Positions 1-12,018 of a stretch of DNA of 64,000 nucleotides are shown in pieces. The translations under genes were made by a program, and so were the position numbers. How positions within the stretch are numbered: position 1 is the first letter of the stretch; each line of letters opens with the position of its first letter. Location: the NCBI GenBank assembly GCA_001179505.1, contig CDMY01000040.1:124001-188000 (forward strand), given 5' to 3'. Source of the DNA: Vitrella brassicaformis CCMP3155 (lineage: Eukaryota; Protista; Chromerida). The notes beneath the pieces were generated by a model. The model was given only the letters and a program-made list of their open reading frames with translations. It was not told where the DNA came from and did no database searches.

Positions 1-59
1 CAGAATGGACACCGAGTTGTGTGTCTGTGTCTCTTCTTGAAAAAGGCGGAAAGCGAAAT

Positions 60-1030
60 CCTCAGTTTCCCTTCTGGAACTGCGCAAGAAGCAGGCTGCG
101 CTTGGTAAGCCTGTTGCTGTGACGCTGTTTCGTAGATGGGCCATATGTTTTCCTTTGCGGCTTGACTGCAGCTCGTCTGGGTGCTTACGGTGAGGCTCAC
201 ATCGTCCAGGTGCAGGCAGATCATCTGGTGAGCGTCTCCTTCCCTCGAACGCAAATCGGATAAGCTGGTCTTGATGGCATCCTCACAGGAGCGGGAAGAG
301 CGGCGGCAACATGAAGCCGCCACGTCAAACCTGATAGCAAAAAAGGTAGGTGAGGGGAGTCAGGTTACGGTAAGAAGGGCGATCTAATCCCACTTTGCCT
401 TTTGATGGTGGCCTCAGGAGGACAAACTTCGGCAGAGCCAGCACCTTGAGCTGCAGGCGTTGCTGAGACGGATACAGAGAGATCGGGCGGAGCAGATAAA
501 GAAGAGGCAGATCGACTCAGCAAGACTGATTCAAAGAAACAAGAATCTCAAGCAGGATCTGTAAGTTGTTGCTGGGAATCAGTCTTGCAGATCTGTTTCC
601 TCATAAGTGTCTCTGTGTGTGTGTGTGTGTGTGTGTGCAGACTGAAGAGACAGGTGGGCAAAATGGCAAAGAGCCCACACCTGCACAAAAGCATCTGTCA
701 TTCATTCTCTTGTGTCTCCCAGTTCACTGAGGCACAACGCGCGGGCCAAGCGATCAAGCACGTCTTGGGGAGACCGCTGGATTCACACACCGCAACAACA
801 GCAGCAGCAACAACATCCAATGCGTCCCCATCAACATGCCTGCGGCGAACGGCTGACGACTTCTTTACCGATGAAGTGCCTTCGATGAAGAGTGCTCGAC
901 TCACGTCACGAGCAGCACTGACAATGACCTATGGCGAGTCTCAATGTGCGAGAGGTATACTCACATGCCCCCCCCACACGCTTATTGACCCCTCCTTTCT
1001 GTTGTTCATCCAGCCGTAGTCCGCAAATGA
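60..1030 (+). CDS. 3' part of a multi-exon coiled-coil protein of unknown function (5' end outside window)
   Basis: GT-AG bounded exons; exon ~418-560 reads EDKLRQSQHLELQALLRRIQRDRAEQIKKRQIDSARLIQRNKNLKQDL (heptad-like); exon ~724-954 FTEAQRAGQAIKHV...; probable stop TGA 1028-1030 after a phase-1 intron. Confidence 0.6.
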
Positions 1031-1166
1031 CAGCCGGAGTCTTGTTTGGTGGTATCGGGGGATGAGAGGGTGGGAGAAGGTAGATGCAAGCACGTGGGAG
1101 ACGGCTTGCATCTACGTGCTTGCAGACGCCCGAAGATTCGCTTTCCATGTCCTTTCAGCTCTCTTG

Positions 1167-1261
1167 TTGGCGCGTTCTTCCTGACGCCGCTTGCTTCTGG
1201 CTGAGGATATCACAGCCCGCCAGCCTTGTCTGGATTTGCTTCCTTGAATCCGCTCTGCTTG
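1167..1261. repeat. Dispersed repeat, copy of 15580-15673
   Basis: ttggcgcgttcttcctgacgccgcttgcttctggctgaggatatcaca...ggatttgcttccttgaa..cgctctgcttg occurs at both sites with only a few differences. Confidence 0.9.
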
Positions 1262-1913
1262 CGTGGACACAGCTTAGTTGCTAGTTTGTATGTGTCCTAC
1301 ATTTGTCACATGATGACGACACTGCATATATCATACAGAGAAAGCATACACACAAGAATAGCCTTCCTTATTTCTGGAAGGCTGCATTGCGGGCCTCCTC
1401 TGCCTGCACGTTGGTCAGTCGTCAGGCCTGATGAATATACGCCATGACATACCGGTGACCGCCTCTTCCCTCACGAGTTCTCTGTCCGCTCTGGACTTAG
1501 GCTCCGGACTGGTGTGTACAATGCATGCTTTGCTATGTCTCCCGTTCCCTCACGATGTGTCGATTGCACATGCGAGGAGCGAACAAAAGGTCAAGAGGTT
1601 CATGTACACACACCACATAGACAATCACTCGACGTCACTCGAGCAAGGGAGCCAGGGGGGAGAGAGAGCATAGCACGGCCACGTCGGCAAGTTGTCTGGT
1701 GGAGCGCACTCTCTCCTCACGTTGAGGTGATGCAGCTTTCCTTGGTGCAGCAGAATTCGATGGCAGGCAAGATGGGGGCGTCTCGCAAATGCGAGCCGAG
1801 TCATCCCCCCACCGGGTGGGTAGTTGGTGTGTCCCCCCACCTAGCAGTCTTTGCGTCCGTCCAAACATCATATAAGTGGCCCGAGTGTACGCACACATCG
1901 TTTCCGACGTTCG

Positions 1914-3641
1914 ATGCGTCGTTTCAACTTCGCTGCCGCCCTGTTGGTCGGCCTCTCCACCCTCAGGCAGCCCCTCCTGGTGGCCCAGCGCAACTATGAC
2001 CGACGTAAGCCACAGCCGGGCACACACACCGAGCCGGCCAATGCATGCATCATGGCAGACCTGCCTTCATTGTGTGCATTTGTATGGCTGTTTTCTATGA
2101 TGTACGGCCGTAGAGATGGCGGTGGCCGCTCATGAGCTCGGTTGGTGACCGCCCCCACCCATCTTAGACTACCCTGCCATCCCACAGTCAATGTGGTGTG
2201 TGTCGGCAGGTGCCCAGCAGATTTCATCAGTGCAGCTGCAGCTGCAGCTCAACCATACTGCGGCCCATGAACTGAACACTGCCGCCGCCCGGCTGATCCG
2301 CACAGCCGCAACCAGCTTTGATAACGCCCACCGCATGTTCAAGCTGTGCGCCGACCAGAATGGTGGGTGATCACGTCCACACGCACATACATATGCTCCT
2401 CTCGTAGAGACCAATGTCATTCGTGTGCCTGGCAGTCTGCGACGTTCCTTACTCCTTTGCTGAAGCCGCCATGGCTCACATGAACACCACTCGACTTGAA
2501 AACGGTCAAGACACTTCCCACCCTCTGTGAATGCCTGTGTGCATGTGTGTCTATCTGTTTATGTATGTGTGTGTGTATACCGCAGCACAGAAGCCTATGA
2601 AAGAGGCCGGCGGATACACGCAGGATGGTAGGCCAGCACATTCAGCTACCAACATTAGCCACGCCGTCATGTTGCATGTCTCATGTCGGCGGACTACCAA
2701 TACATGTCTGTGTTGCGGCGTTCTGTCAAAGGGGAGACGGCAGGCAACACATCATCGTCTTCACAAGAGCCGGGGGATCTCTTGTACCAGTTCATTGCTG
2801 AGCATCTAGACAAGGCACTGAAACAACGCGGCCGCTCGGATGCAACAAGCTGGGGTACCGTTCTTGACGCTGGCACCGGAATGGACTCTCTGACGTGGCT
2901 TGTGGCGCAGCAGAAGAAAACTGCGAAGCTTGTCGCCGTCACAGCGGATCCAAGTCGGGCCGAGGACTTACAGCAACAATTCAAGGATAAGCTGCGGCCC
3001 CAAGATGAGATACTCCTTGGCAATTGGGACGATTCGACATTTCTCAGCAACTTTCAAGCCGATGTCATTGTCGCCGGCTACCTCATCGGGGCAATAGACG
3101 GATTCTCACCTTATTTTCAAGATCGAATCTTATCCCGCCACGTTCAGCACCTCAAGCCGGGCGGATGGCTGTACGTTGTCGGACTTGAGCCGTTCTCGAA
3201 CAGCGAGTCGACGTCCAAGGCGGACAAGCTCCTCCAGCAAGTTGCGAGAGTCCGAGATGCATGTATTCTTCTCGCTGGCCATCGATGCTACCGTGAGTAT
3301 CCGCAGGATTGGGTTCATCGGCAACTACAGCAGGTCAACTGTCGTATTGACGCGAGCGAACGATGGCCCAATGTTTATTCGAGTCGACAAGTCGAGCGTC
3401 AGGTTGGTCTTCAAGTTAGATCATGGCAAATTCTCCACCTCCTTCTTGACTTTGGTGGTTATAGATCCAAGTGGGGAGGGACAAATTGCCCTTCTTTCCC
3501 GATACTCAGCTTGCCGATGAAATGGCGAAGTATCTCGACCAATTGTCCCAAGAGACACGGGAGGTTTTCAGCAACGACCAGAAGCACACATTTGGGTTTG
3601 ACTATGTCGTCTGCGCCGAATACCAGCCAGAAAGCTCGTAA
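1914..3641 (+). CDS. Class I SAM-dependent methyltransferase with a signal-peptide-like N-terminus (multi-exon)
   Basis: Motif I VLDAGTG, then VAVTAD, LGNW, ADVIVAGYLIGAIDGF and LKPGGWLYVVGLEP in 2683-3402. Intron 3403-3464 joins in phase to IQVGRDKLPFF...CAEYQPESS-TAA (3641). ATG 1914 gives MRRFNFAAALLVGLSTL; linkage of the upstream exons is less certain. Confidence 0.8.
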
Positions 3642-4379
3642 CAAATAGCCCAAAAGCAAGTTAGTATTACAAGCATCCATCGACAGAGACAATGAGACGC
3701 TAGTTGAAATACAAAGTCAATACTTGTCGCTCTAAAACAAACACAAAATGCATCCGTCCTTGTACGTGGGATTCCACCCATCCACCACACACAGTAACCG
3801 CCACCAGCCTTTTCCAGCTGCCATGCATGATGGATGCATGTATTCATTCAGTCCTGGCCTGTCTGTCTGTCTCTTCACAAGCAAGGGGCGGCGACACACA
3901 CCTCCTGACACTCTTGCGGCACATACCTCACCTTGGGTTGATCACAACCCCACGCGTGTGGCATGTGGCATCACACGCACACGTAGTGGATGGGTGCACT
4001 GGGTGGGTGTGCTTACAGTCAAACCCGGTGCATACACAACACGCTGGCACACGTGTCTATCTCGATGTCTGTCTTTCTGCCCATGTAGGTCTTGTGAATG
4101 GTCAAAGCAGCGTGTGGGGTGAATATTGCAGGGGAGTCTCGATTGCCCTCCTCCTTCTCACTGCCGGGCCCTCACTCGTCGCCTCTCATCAGTACTGACT
4201 GCGTGGCGAACAGGGACAAACCATGCCGGCAAACAGGGACGACAACGGAGAGAAAGGCGCTGACGACGCACGAACAAATCATTTCCCTACCCTTCCTGCC
4301 TCCCTGCCTCCCTCCCTGCCTCTCTCCTTGTGCCTGCCTGCCGGCTGCCTCCGTCTTTCACCCGACTTCATGTGCAGTT

Positions 4380-4665
4380 GAGTAGGTCGGTCACAGTGTC
4401 GAGGCGGCCAACCATCTCTGCTTGATCTCTGCTCCCCTATGCGGTCAGCCACCTCTTAACTCTCAACCCTGACCAAAGAGAAAAAGAAAGAGGAACAGAC
4501 ATGAGGGCATCGATGGATGTGCAGACCTCACTTACCATTTTGTCGATCATGTCGCGTTTGACGTTGTCCCAGGGCTCTTCGTCGAGCTTGTCACTGGCCG
4601 AGCAGATGGGGCGGAACTTCTGCTGCGGCATGCCACACACTTCCATGATCGCTTCCAGCGGCTTC
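4380..4665 (-). pseudogene. Histidyl-tRNA synthetase relic (two internal exons, frameshifted)
   Basis: Exon 4665-4536 with intact AG/GT reads (R)KPLEAIMEVCGMPQQKFRPICSASDKLDEEPWDNVKRDMIDKM, matching the eukaryotic HisRS segment of the type KxLDGxxEVCGVPxxKFRxICSxxDKLDKxxWxxVxxEM. The next exon contains EVADRIGE but out of frame. No other HisRS exons were recognised in the window. Confidence 0.85.
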
Positions 4666-4986
4666 CTGACACAAAGATGCGCACATTTGCAGCTCCACTG
4701 ACCCAATCACTCGCCCACCCACCTGTGTTTGACCTTGACTGCAGCCCCCATTGGGAAAGAGCCGGTCCAAGATCTCTGACTGCCCATTCTTTCCTCTGCT
4801 GAGTATCCAAGATACACAAACACGTGCAATCCATAAAGTGCTCATGTCTCTCTCTCTCTCTCTCTGTGCGTTCCTGTGTGCCCACTCAGAGACACATAGT
4901 GTCGTCGGCGATTCGAGCACCCTCGATGGCCTCTGCACTAATCGCTTTCGCCGGTCCGACAGATGCTCGGCTTCGGTCCTCGTCTT

Positions 4987-5543
4987 TGTCTCACTACTAG
5001 AAATAAATGGGATATCGACAAGCTGCTTGCTGTCGCGCAGTTCTGAGTGACTGACAGACAGACTGACGACTGAAGCCGCCTCCTGCGTATGCTTCAACCA
5101 ACAGTACTTCAAAAGAAAAAGAAACGAGGGAAAGAGAAAAAAAAGAAGGGGAAAAAAGGAGAGAAGAAACGGGTCGTTGTGGACGTTGTACGCTGTGTCT
5201 TCCCCAATCCAATCCACCTGCCAACCGTTTCTATGCCTTCTTCCTGCCTACTTGTTGGCTGATTGTGTGTTTTCCTGGGGCTTACCACCCCGGCTTGAAG
5301 GATTGTGTGTGGCTCTGCTGCTGAGTGGGAGAGCCATTCATCAAACTGAAAAAAAGAAACATCGCGCACACACACAAAATGAGAGACACACTCATGACAC
5401 GCACGATGTGGCGTGGCGTCTCGCTGTCTCTTTCTCTCTCCCTCTGCCTGCCTCGTGTCTGTGTGAGCGCACCGTGTCGGCCACTGGAGCGCCGCGCTTC
5501 TGAGGGATTTGTGATGGCTCGCCGCTATATTGGCGTCGTCCTT
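4987..5543 (-). pseudogene. Degenerate duplicate of the 5' exons and introns of the metallophosphoesterase gene (source 9833-10460)
   Basis: Long near-identical blocks in the same orientation about 4.9 kb apart. This copy has a 1-nt deletion in exon 1 and lacks a 20-nt piece that carries a splice donor. Confidence 0.9.
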
Positions 5544-5825
5544 GGACGGGAACAATTGGCGAAAAGCGCTCAATGAGGGTGGGATGAGAATGAGATTGGA
5601 GGTCAAATGAGAACAGACCACTTTGAGTACGTTAATGATACACAGGCCCATTCATTTATTGGTCTCGTGGCGTGGCAGGGACCGTCCGTTCGATCATCCA
5701 TGGAAAGCAAAAGAACAACCAGCCAGGCAGGTAGTGGGAATGACGTCTCCCTCCACTCATATGTGTGAACGCAACGCATGAATGTACACATGCGTATGCA
5801 GGCAGGCTCGTGTGGCCGGTCGGCC

Positions 5826-8800
5826 CTTATATCCCCGCCTCCTCCCGGCTGAATGGGTCAAGGGGATCAGGCGGCGCCTGATCGTCCCAGGGGCCAACCT
5901 CCGTGGTGTCGACGGGGATCCGGCGGCTGTTTTGCCGACCGACAGCTCAAAATTTGGCGTGTTCTGAGATGCCACCAGCTTGGGGGCGCTGACAAGGACA
6001 CACAGAGACACCACAAAGAGGGAGACCATCCATCTGTACATCCCGTTTGACAAGTCATATGTGTACGTGTTCGTGCGCACCGCACCCTTTGTTCCATTTG
6101 TGCAGCTCGACTCTGATGGGGAGCTCGCCGTACTTGTTCCTTGCCATAATGATGTCGACAAAGGTCTGCCACCACGGCATGGCACGGCACAGCATTCCAA
6201 TTTGCGCAGGTGTATGCATGTTTTGTGTTCACGTGTGTGATGTGTGGGCGTGTTGTGTACCTTCTTGCTGCTGTCTGTCCAGGCGCCAGAATTGGCGTAG
6301 ACGATTTGTTCTTGGCCTTTGTCGTACTTCTGGAACTTGCGCAGGTAGTGGTCTGCGTGCACATGATTCCAGCCGTCCATGAGTGACCTTGATGGCTTCC
6401 AAGGACGTACCGTGGGTGTGTCCCATCACAGTGACGGTGGCGTCCTTCTCGCTGCACACGAAATACTCCTGGTTCGCTGTCGAGCCCTGCATATGAGGAA
6501 GTGGTTGGTGCACAAACGCGCGTTGGTCTGAGGAGTGTAGGTGAAGGCGTACGATCAGTAACTCCTTGATGTAGTCCTCAGACATCCCCTGGTTTGCAAA
6601 CCTATCGCAGACACACACATGCACACGTGTGCGTGTATGCGGGGAGGCGCAATGACAGTGAGCTCACTGTCCGGGCAGCAGTGCATAGTCCCTGCACACA
6701 CATACACATACAGATGTGTAGATGTGTGTACGGCAATGCGCGCGCCATCTCTGTGCACATACTGAATGATGCTCCACATGCTCTTGTCCGGGTACATCAT
6801 CAGCGAGTCGCTCATAGTGCCGTTGGAGCCGTACAAAGCGCGCTGCGAAGACGAACCCATTCACGTGTGCATGACACATATCGATTCATACGTACATCGG
6901 ACCGCATCAGTACACGTATGTATTTCATCTGCCCGGTGAAGTAGAGGTGTTTCAGTTCCTCCTCGGATGGTTCGTGGTCGTATTCACACGCCCCCAGCAT
7001 GATCGTCTTCCTGCAGGCGAACACACAGGCAAAAGCACCAGTGCCGAACACCTGTGATGACTTTCGCAAGCTAGCTACGGCTACGCTAGTTTTGGGAAGC
7101 CTTTTCGTGTGCTGAAGACAAGGGAGACACGGAGACATCCCAGTGCACAAGTGAAGTTATTCGGGTACAAGGCCCTTCACTTACAATCGTTCCATGAACT
7201 TGCGAGTCAGATACTTTCCGAGCCATGACCGCCTGATGACTCTGAGAGAGACATAGCACGTGTTCATCGATGACAGCACCGTTCTTGATGCGTCGCATAC
7301 GTACATGCAGGTATGCATACCTGAGTGTGCCTCTGACAGTCTCTGAGTAGACAGGCAGTGCAAACGGGTCGTCAGCCTCGGCAATCCTGTCCAGCCAAAT
7401 TTGTACACGTGTGTCCGTGTTGATGAAAATAGGTCTGTTTTATGTGAAGATCGGCGGCACCAGTTGGGATGCTCCGGCGTGTGCTCGTCGATCCACTCTC
7501 TGCAATGAAATGGAGGTCTCAGCACAGGAGTGTGTCACCTTCCTTCAAAGCAAAGTGCCCGTGTGTACTTGACAGCGAGATAATGGGTCGTAAACCAGTT
7601 CGCCAGAGCGGCGAATCCCTGAAAATAAGTATAAACAACCCACTGGAAGCGGACATCTTCGAAACCGCAGGTACCTTCTGTTTTTTGTTCTTTTTCTTCT
7701 CGGCTCTGATCTCCTCCCGCTTGTAGTGGTCGGCCTGGCACGCAGACGCAGGACAAACAAAGAGACCTAAGTTACAGTGGCGTATGGAACTCGCCTCACC
7801 TGGCAGCGAGAGACGTACTCTCCTGCCAAAGCCATCCCACACACAGAGCATTTTGTGTTCGCTGGCTGCGGTGTGTATTCTTTTCTTCTCTGGCGTCACT
7901 GACCACCCAGCCGTCTTACCGTACGAAGGGCGACCCAGGGGATCCTGTATGCACAACACATACGGTGTGTGATCGTGTGTGGTGTGTGAATACTCGTACC
8001 GGTCGGTTGAATATGTCTGTCAGACGAGCAAATACGGAGACACACACCAGTCAGATCAAAGAGGCAAGTGCATCCCTGTCGTACCGTTGAAATGTCCGTG
8101 CTGCATCTTGACGAGTGGGAGAGAATCCGAAGGGAAATACAGGAAGTCGCCTGGGTAGTGGACTGATGGGCCTGCAAGAATGAATGTAGTATCCCTTCAT
8201 CAACATCAACGGACAAAGGCGCGTATGTATCCATCACCCCTGTCTGCTGTGTGTACTGACCGAATAGCTCTCGGACCAGCTGCTCACTGAGGCGGTCGTC
8301 GTGGTTCCCTGCACGCAAAATACGCGCATGCTGTGTGCAGCCATCGACGTGTGTCAGCGAGAGAGCCGATTTGTGTACCTCTGAGGATCCAGACCTCGGC
8401 GCTTGTTTCAGCCGCTATCTTCTTGATGGACTCGATGATCTCTACAGGACATACGGATGTGTACACATGTAGATATGCAGCCCATGTACATGTACATGTG
8501 TGCTCAGGCGCTACCTGGGAAGACCACGCCGAAGCGCTCTACGGGATCAGTCAGGATCTGCGCATTATGACACATACATTCGCGTGAGGGCATGTCTACA
8601 TACGCGTGTGCGCGGCTATACACTGCGAATCGTGGGGGTTTCCTCGTCCTGCAAAGAAACAGTTCAGTCCGTGCGCTGCCAAGGACGAGACACATCTCTC
8701 TCTCTCTCTTTCTGCTAAGATACCAGAGGTGTAAGCCAAGCCTCAAACACATCACCTGAACGCACACACGAGAGGTGCAGGAGACCGTACGCGTGCAGGT

Positions 8801-10501
8801 GGAGATCTGTGTGGACCTAGAAACACAATATGACTGATTTTCTCTTCAGAGATGTAGCTTGGCACGGCGTGGTACTGAAAGAATTGGCGCACGTCAGCGA
8901 GGGTTTCGGCCTTCTGCGTCCTGCAGGTCAAAAACAACGGAAAAGCGCACACTTGACGGTATGGTGCTGGTGGTGGTTCGTTGAAGAGATCTGCCATACC
9001 GCGGGCTTCCGAGATGCATATCGCTCACCTACAATGGCAAATGGATGCATTCAACCCGGTACATACCTTGATGGATCCTTTTCCTGCGAACCACACGGAT
9101 CTTCGAGAATTCAGGTTCGGTCGCGTTGGCGGCCACACGAGCCTGCGCACCCACAAACAGAGTCGTTTGCCAGATGCACACCGAGAGGGTGGGCGCCGAC
9201 CTACCCTCAATTGCCTACCCTACTGCCCACGCACCTGCAGTAGGGATGCTGCCTTCACGTTGATATTGGCATTTCTCACGCGAAGGGCGGATGAGTGAAG
9301 ACTGGCGAGGAGGATCAAGGTGGAAAACACCACAAAACAACGCATCTCTTGGAAGGATGGAAGGATGGGAGGATAGAGATGGAAAACCTGTTGTAAATTC
9401 GATCTCCCCATGTTCTTCATGGGTTCTCCGCGTTGAGAGGGCACAACAGGGATTCACTGAGAGACATACATTCGTACGTCTTCGAGCGAAGGGAAGGATC
9501 TCGTAGGACGGCAGAAGGCGCACACACACACAGAAACAGTTTTGACGCCATCATGCACGCATGCAGAAATGAGCAGAAAAAGGAGAGAAAGGGAGAAGAA
9601 AGCAAGGCCGTGAAGGGGATATGTGCGATCGACCACAATACTGTACAGTAGTGTGCCCAAAGTGCATGTGGCGTGTGCCTTGCATTGCGCTGCGCTGCCT
9701 GAGGCAGCGCCGCACGGCACACAGAAAGTACGTTGGGAGAGCGAGTGGCTCGAACCCATTGGATACATCATGAAACAGACAGACAGACAGACGGAGAGAG
9801 AGAGAGAGAGAGAGAGACAGGCCTCGCCTTTCTGTCTCACTACTACTAGAAATAAATGGGATATCGACACTCCACTTACTGTATCGACAAGCTGCTTGCT
9901 GTCGCGCAGTTCTGAGTGACTGACAGACAGACTGACGACTGAAGCCGCCTCCTGCGTCGCCGTTCTGCTTCATTGACCGATTGATGCTTCAGCCATCTCT
10001 CACTAAGAATGAAACAGCTAAGAAGAGCAAACAAAAAGAAAAGAGGAGAAGAGAAAAAAGAAGGGGAAAAAAGGAGAGAAGAAACGGGTCGTTGTGGACG
10101 TTGTACGCTGTGTCTTCCCCAATCCAATCCACCTGCCAACCGTTTCTATGCCTTCTTCCTGCCTACTTGTTGGCTGATTGTGTGTTTTCCTGGGGCTTAC
10201 CACCCCGGCTTGAAGGATTGTGTGTGGCTCTGCTGCTGAGTGGGAGAGCCATTCATCAAACTGAAAGAAGGAAACATCGCGCACACACACAAAGTGAGAG
10301 ACACACTCATGACAAGCACGATGTGGCGTGGCGTCTCGCTGTCTCTTTCTCTCTCCCTCTGCCTGCCCCGTGTCTGTCTGAGCGCACCGTGTCGACCACT
10401 GGAGGGCCGCACTTCTGAGGAAACTGTGATGGCTCGCCGCCAATATCGGCATAGTCCTTGAAGAAGTCATACATAGAGTCCTTTCGGCCCGTCCGTTTCA
10501 T
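5826..10501 (-). CDS. Calcineurin-like metallophosphoesterase (LpxH/YbbF-like), more than 20 small exons
   Basis: Spliced exons give, in order: GDVFEAW (~8755), VWILR-GNHD (8380/8300), VKMQHGHFN-DIFNRP (8090/8010), TVMGHTH (6415), IVYANSGAW (6290). Start MKRTGRKDSMYDFFKDY at 10501. C-terminus probably ...DPFSREEAGI-TAA. Confidence 0.85.
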
Positions 10502-12018
10502 CGCAGAGTGAGCAACGATACGATGAATGAGAGGGACGAAGCAAACGATGGACAGTGATACAATCCTACAACTTCAAATGCACAAGTGTGTGCGTATTGT
10601 GGACGAAAGGTCATACACTCACTCACTCACTCGCACACACACGTAGGCACACCCGTACACGCGTAAGCCCGTGAGCCCCTCCATCCCAAACGCCCACCCA
10701 GCCATCAAAGCGACACTCCGGAGCGGGCACGAAAAGCGTTTCTTTCTCCTGTCTGCTCCATCCCTCCCTCCCTCCCTCCCTCAATAAATTGCCCACATAC
10801 ACCGTCCTAATTGATCAAGCTAGAAAGAACACACTGCTCCAACCGAAGACGCCTCTGTGTGGTGTCCTCGGCACTCTACCGCAATATACCACGACACTCG
10901 ACTCGACCCATTGGGCTTCGCAGGTGTATGTATGTTGCAAAGGTCGACACGCCCGATTGATAAGGAGGGCAATTCACGAATAGAAACCTACCGGGTATGT
11001 GCGCTCATCTTGGCCGTGAGAAAACTCTCAGGTGTCGCCACTGAGTGACTCGAATGCTGACGGATCAACCGTCTGTCTGCCAGCGCCAAAGCGCCTTCCT
11101 GCCAGCTTGGAATCCTCCCTCGTTCAAGTGGCCTGTAGTGGCCTCGCAGCGGACGTCCCCTACCGACACATACATAGACGCCCAGGAAGGGAATGTGTGA
11201 ATCCCTTGCCTTCGAGCGCATTCACCCAACCCTGTACGCAACGCGCACACCCATCACCCACAGATGGGATGCCGTCGTCCTCCCCTCACCATTTCTCGTC
11301 TCGCTTCAACAAACCTGACACACGACACACTCGACAGACAACAGGAGAAATCAACACTGTTAGAAGGGTGTATTATGTCAAGCCGGCGCTCTTCGTACCT
11401 TGCGTGATTTCAGTTGTCTTCAAGTTGTTTCTCGCCACTCCATTTCATTTGTCGATCGGGGAGGAACCGGGGAGTGGAAGGTGTCAAGGCGCACCCCTCT
11501 GTCCCTCGTGTGCGGCGTATCGCAAAGACGACGTCCCCATCCTCAAATCAGTGAGTCACAGCACCAGAGGACCCGCTCTGCGGAATCGATGATGGCGTGT
11601 TTCTTCCCTCCCTGTGTGTGTCTGCAGGTCCACTCGGCCACGGGGTTTGTTGCGAGAACGTCGGCGAATCTGTTGTGTCATGCACGGGAGGCGCATGTGT
11701 GAGTAGGGAGTGAGGATACTTGGGTGTCTGTCTTCGAGGACGGGCTTTGTAGGAACGTTTGGAAATCAAGGTGGGTGTCAGACAACAGACGGACAGACGG
11801 GCAGGGAGGCGGGAAGGAGAAGTTGCGGATGTATGCCTGAGGTGTCTTGTAGTGGGATTAGTGGGTGGGTGGGTGAGTGAGAACGTAGAAAGACCAAGGG
11901 TTATGACGTTGACGGTGTTTGCACGCGTGTACCATCACACCCATTTGACCCATTCTCTCTGTTTGTATGGGTTGCCCCTTCAGTTATTCCGTTTGTGAGC
12001 TGCCAGGGTGTGTCATAG

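Noticed and set aside
5803-9146. 16-nt inverted match ggccacacgagcctgc (~5805 and ~9132)
   Set aside because: About one such match is expected by chance in 64 kb, and both include gcag splice-like sequence.
10850-11710. Scattered plus-strand exon-like blocks
   Set aside because: No consistent phase, start codon or motif could be established.
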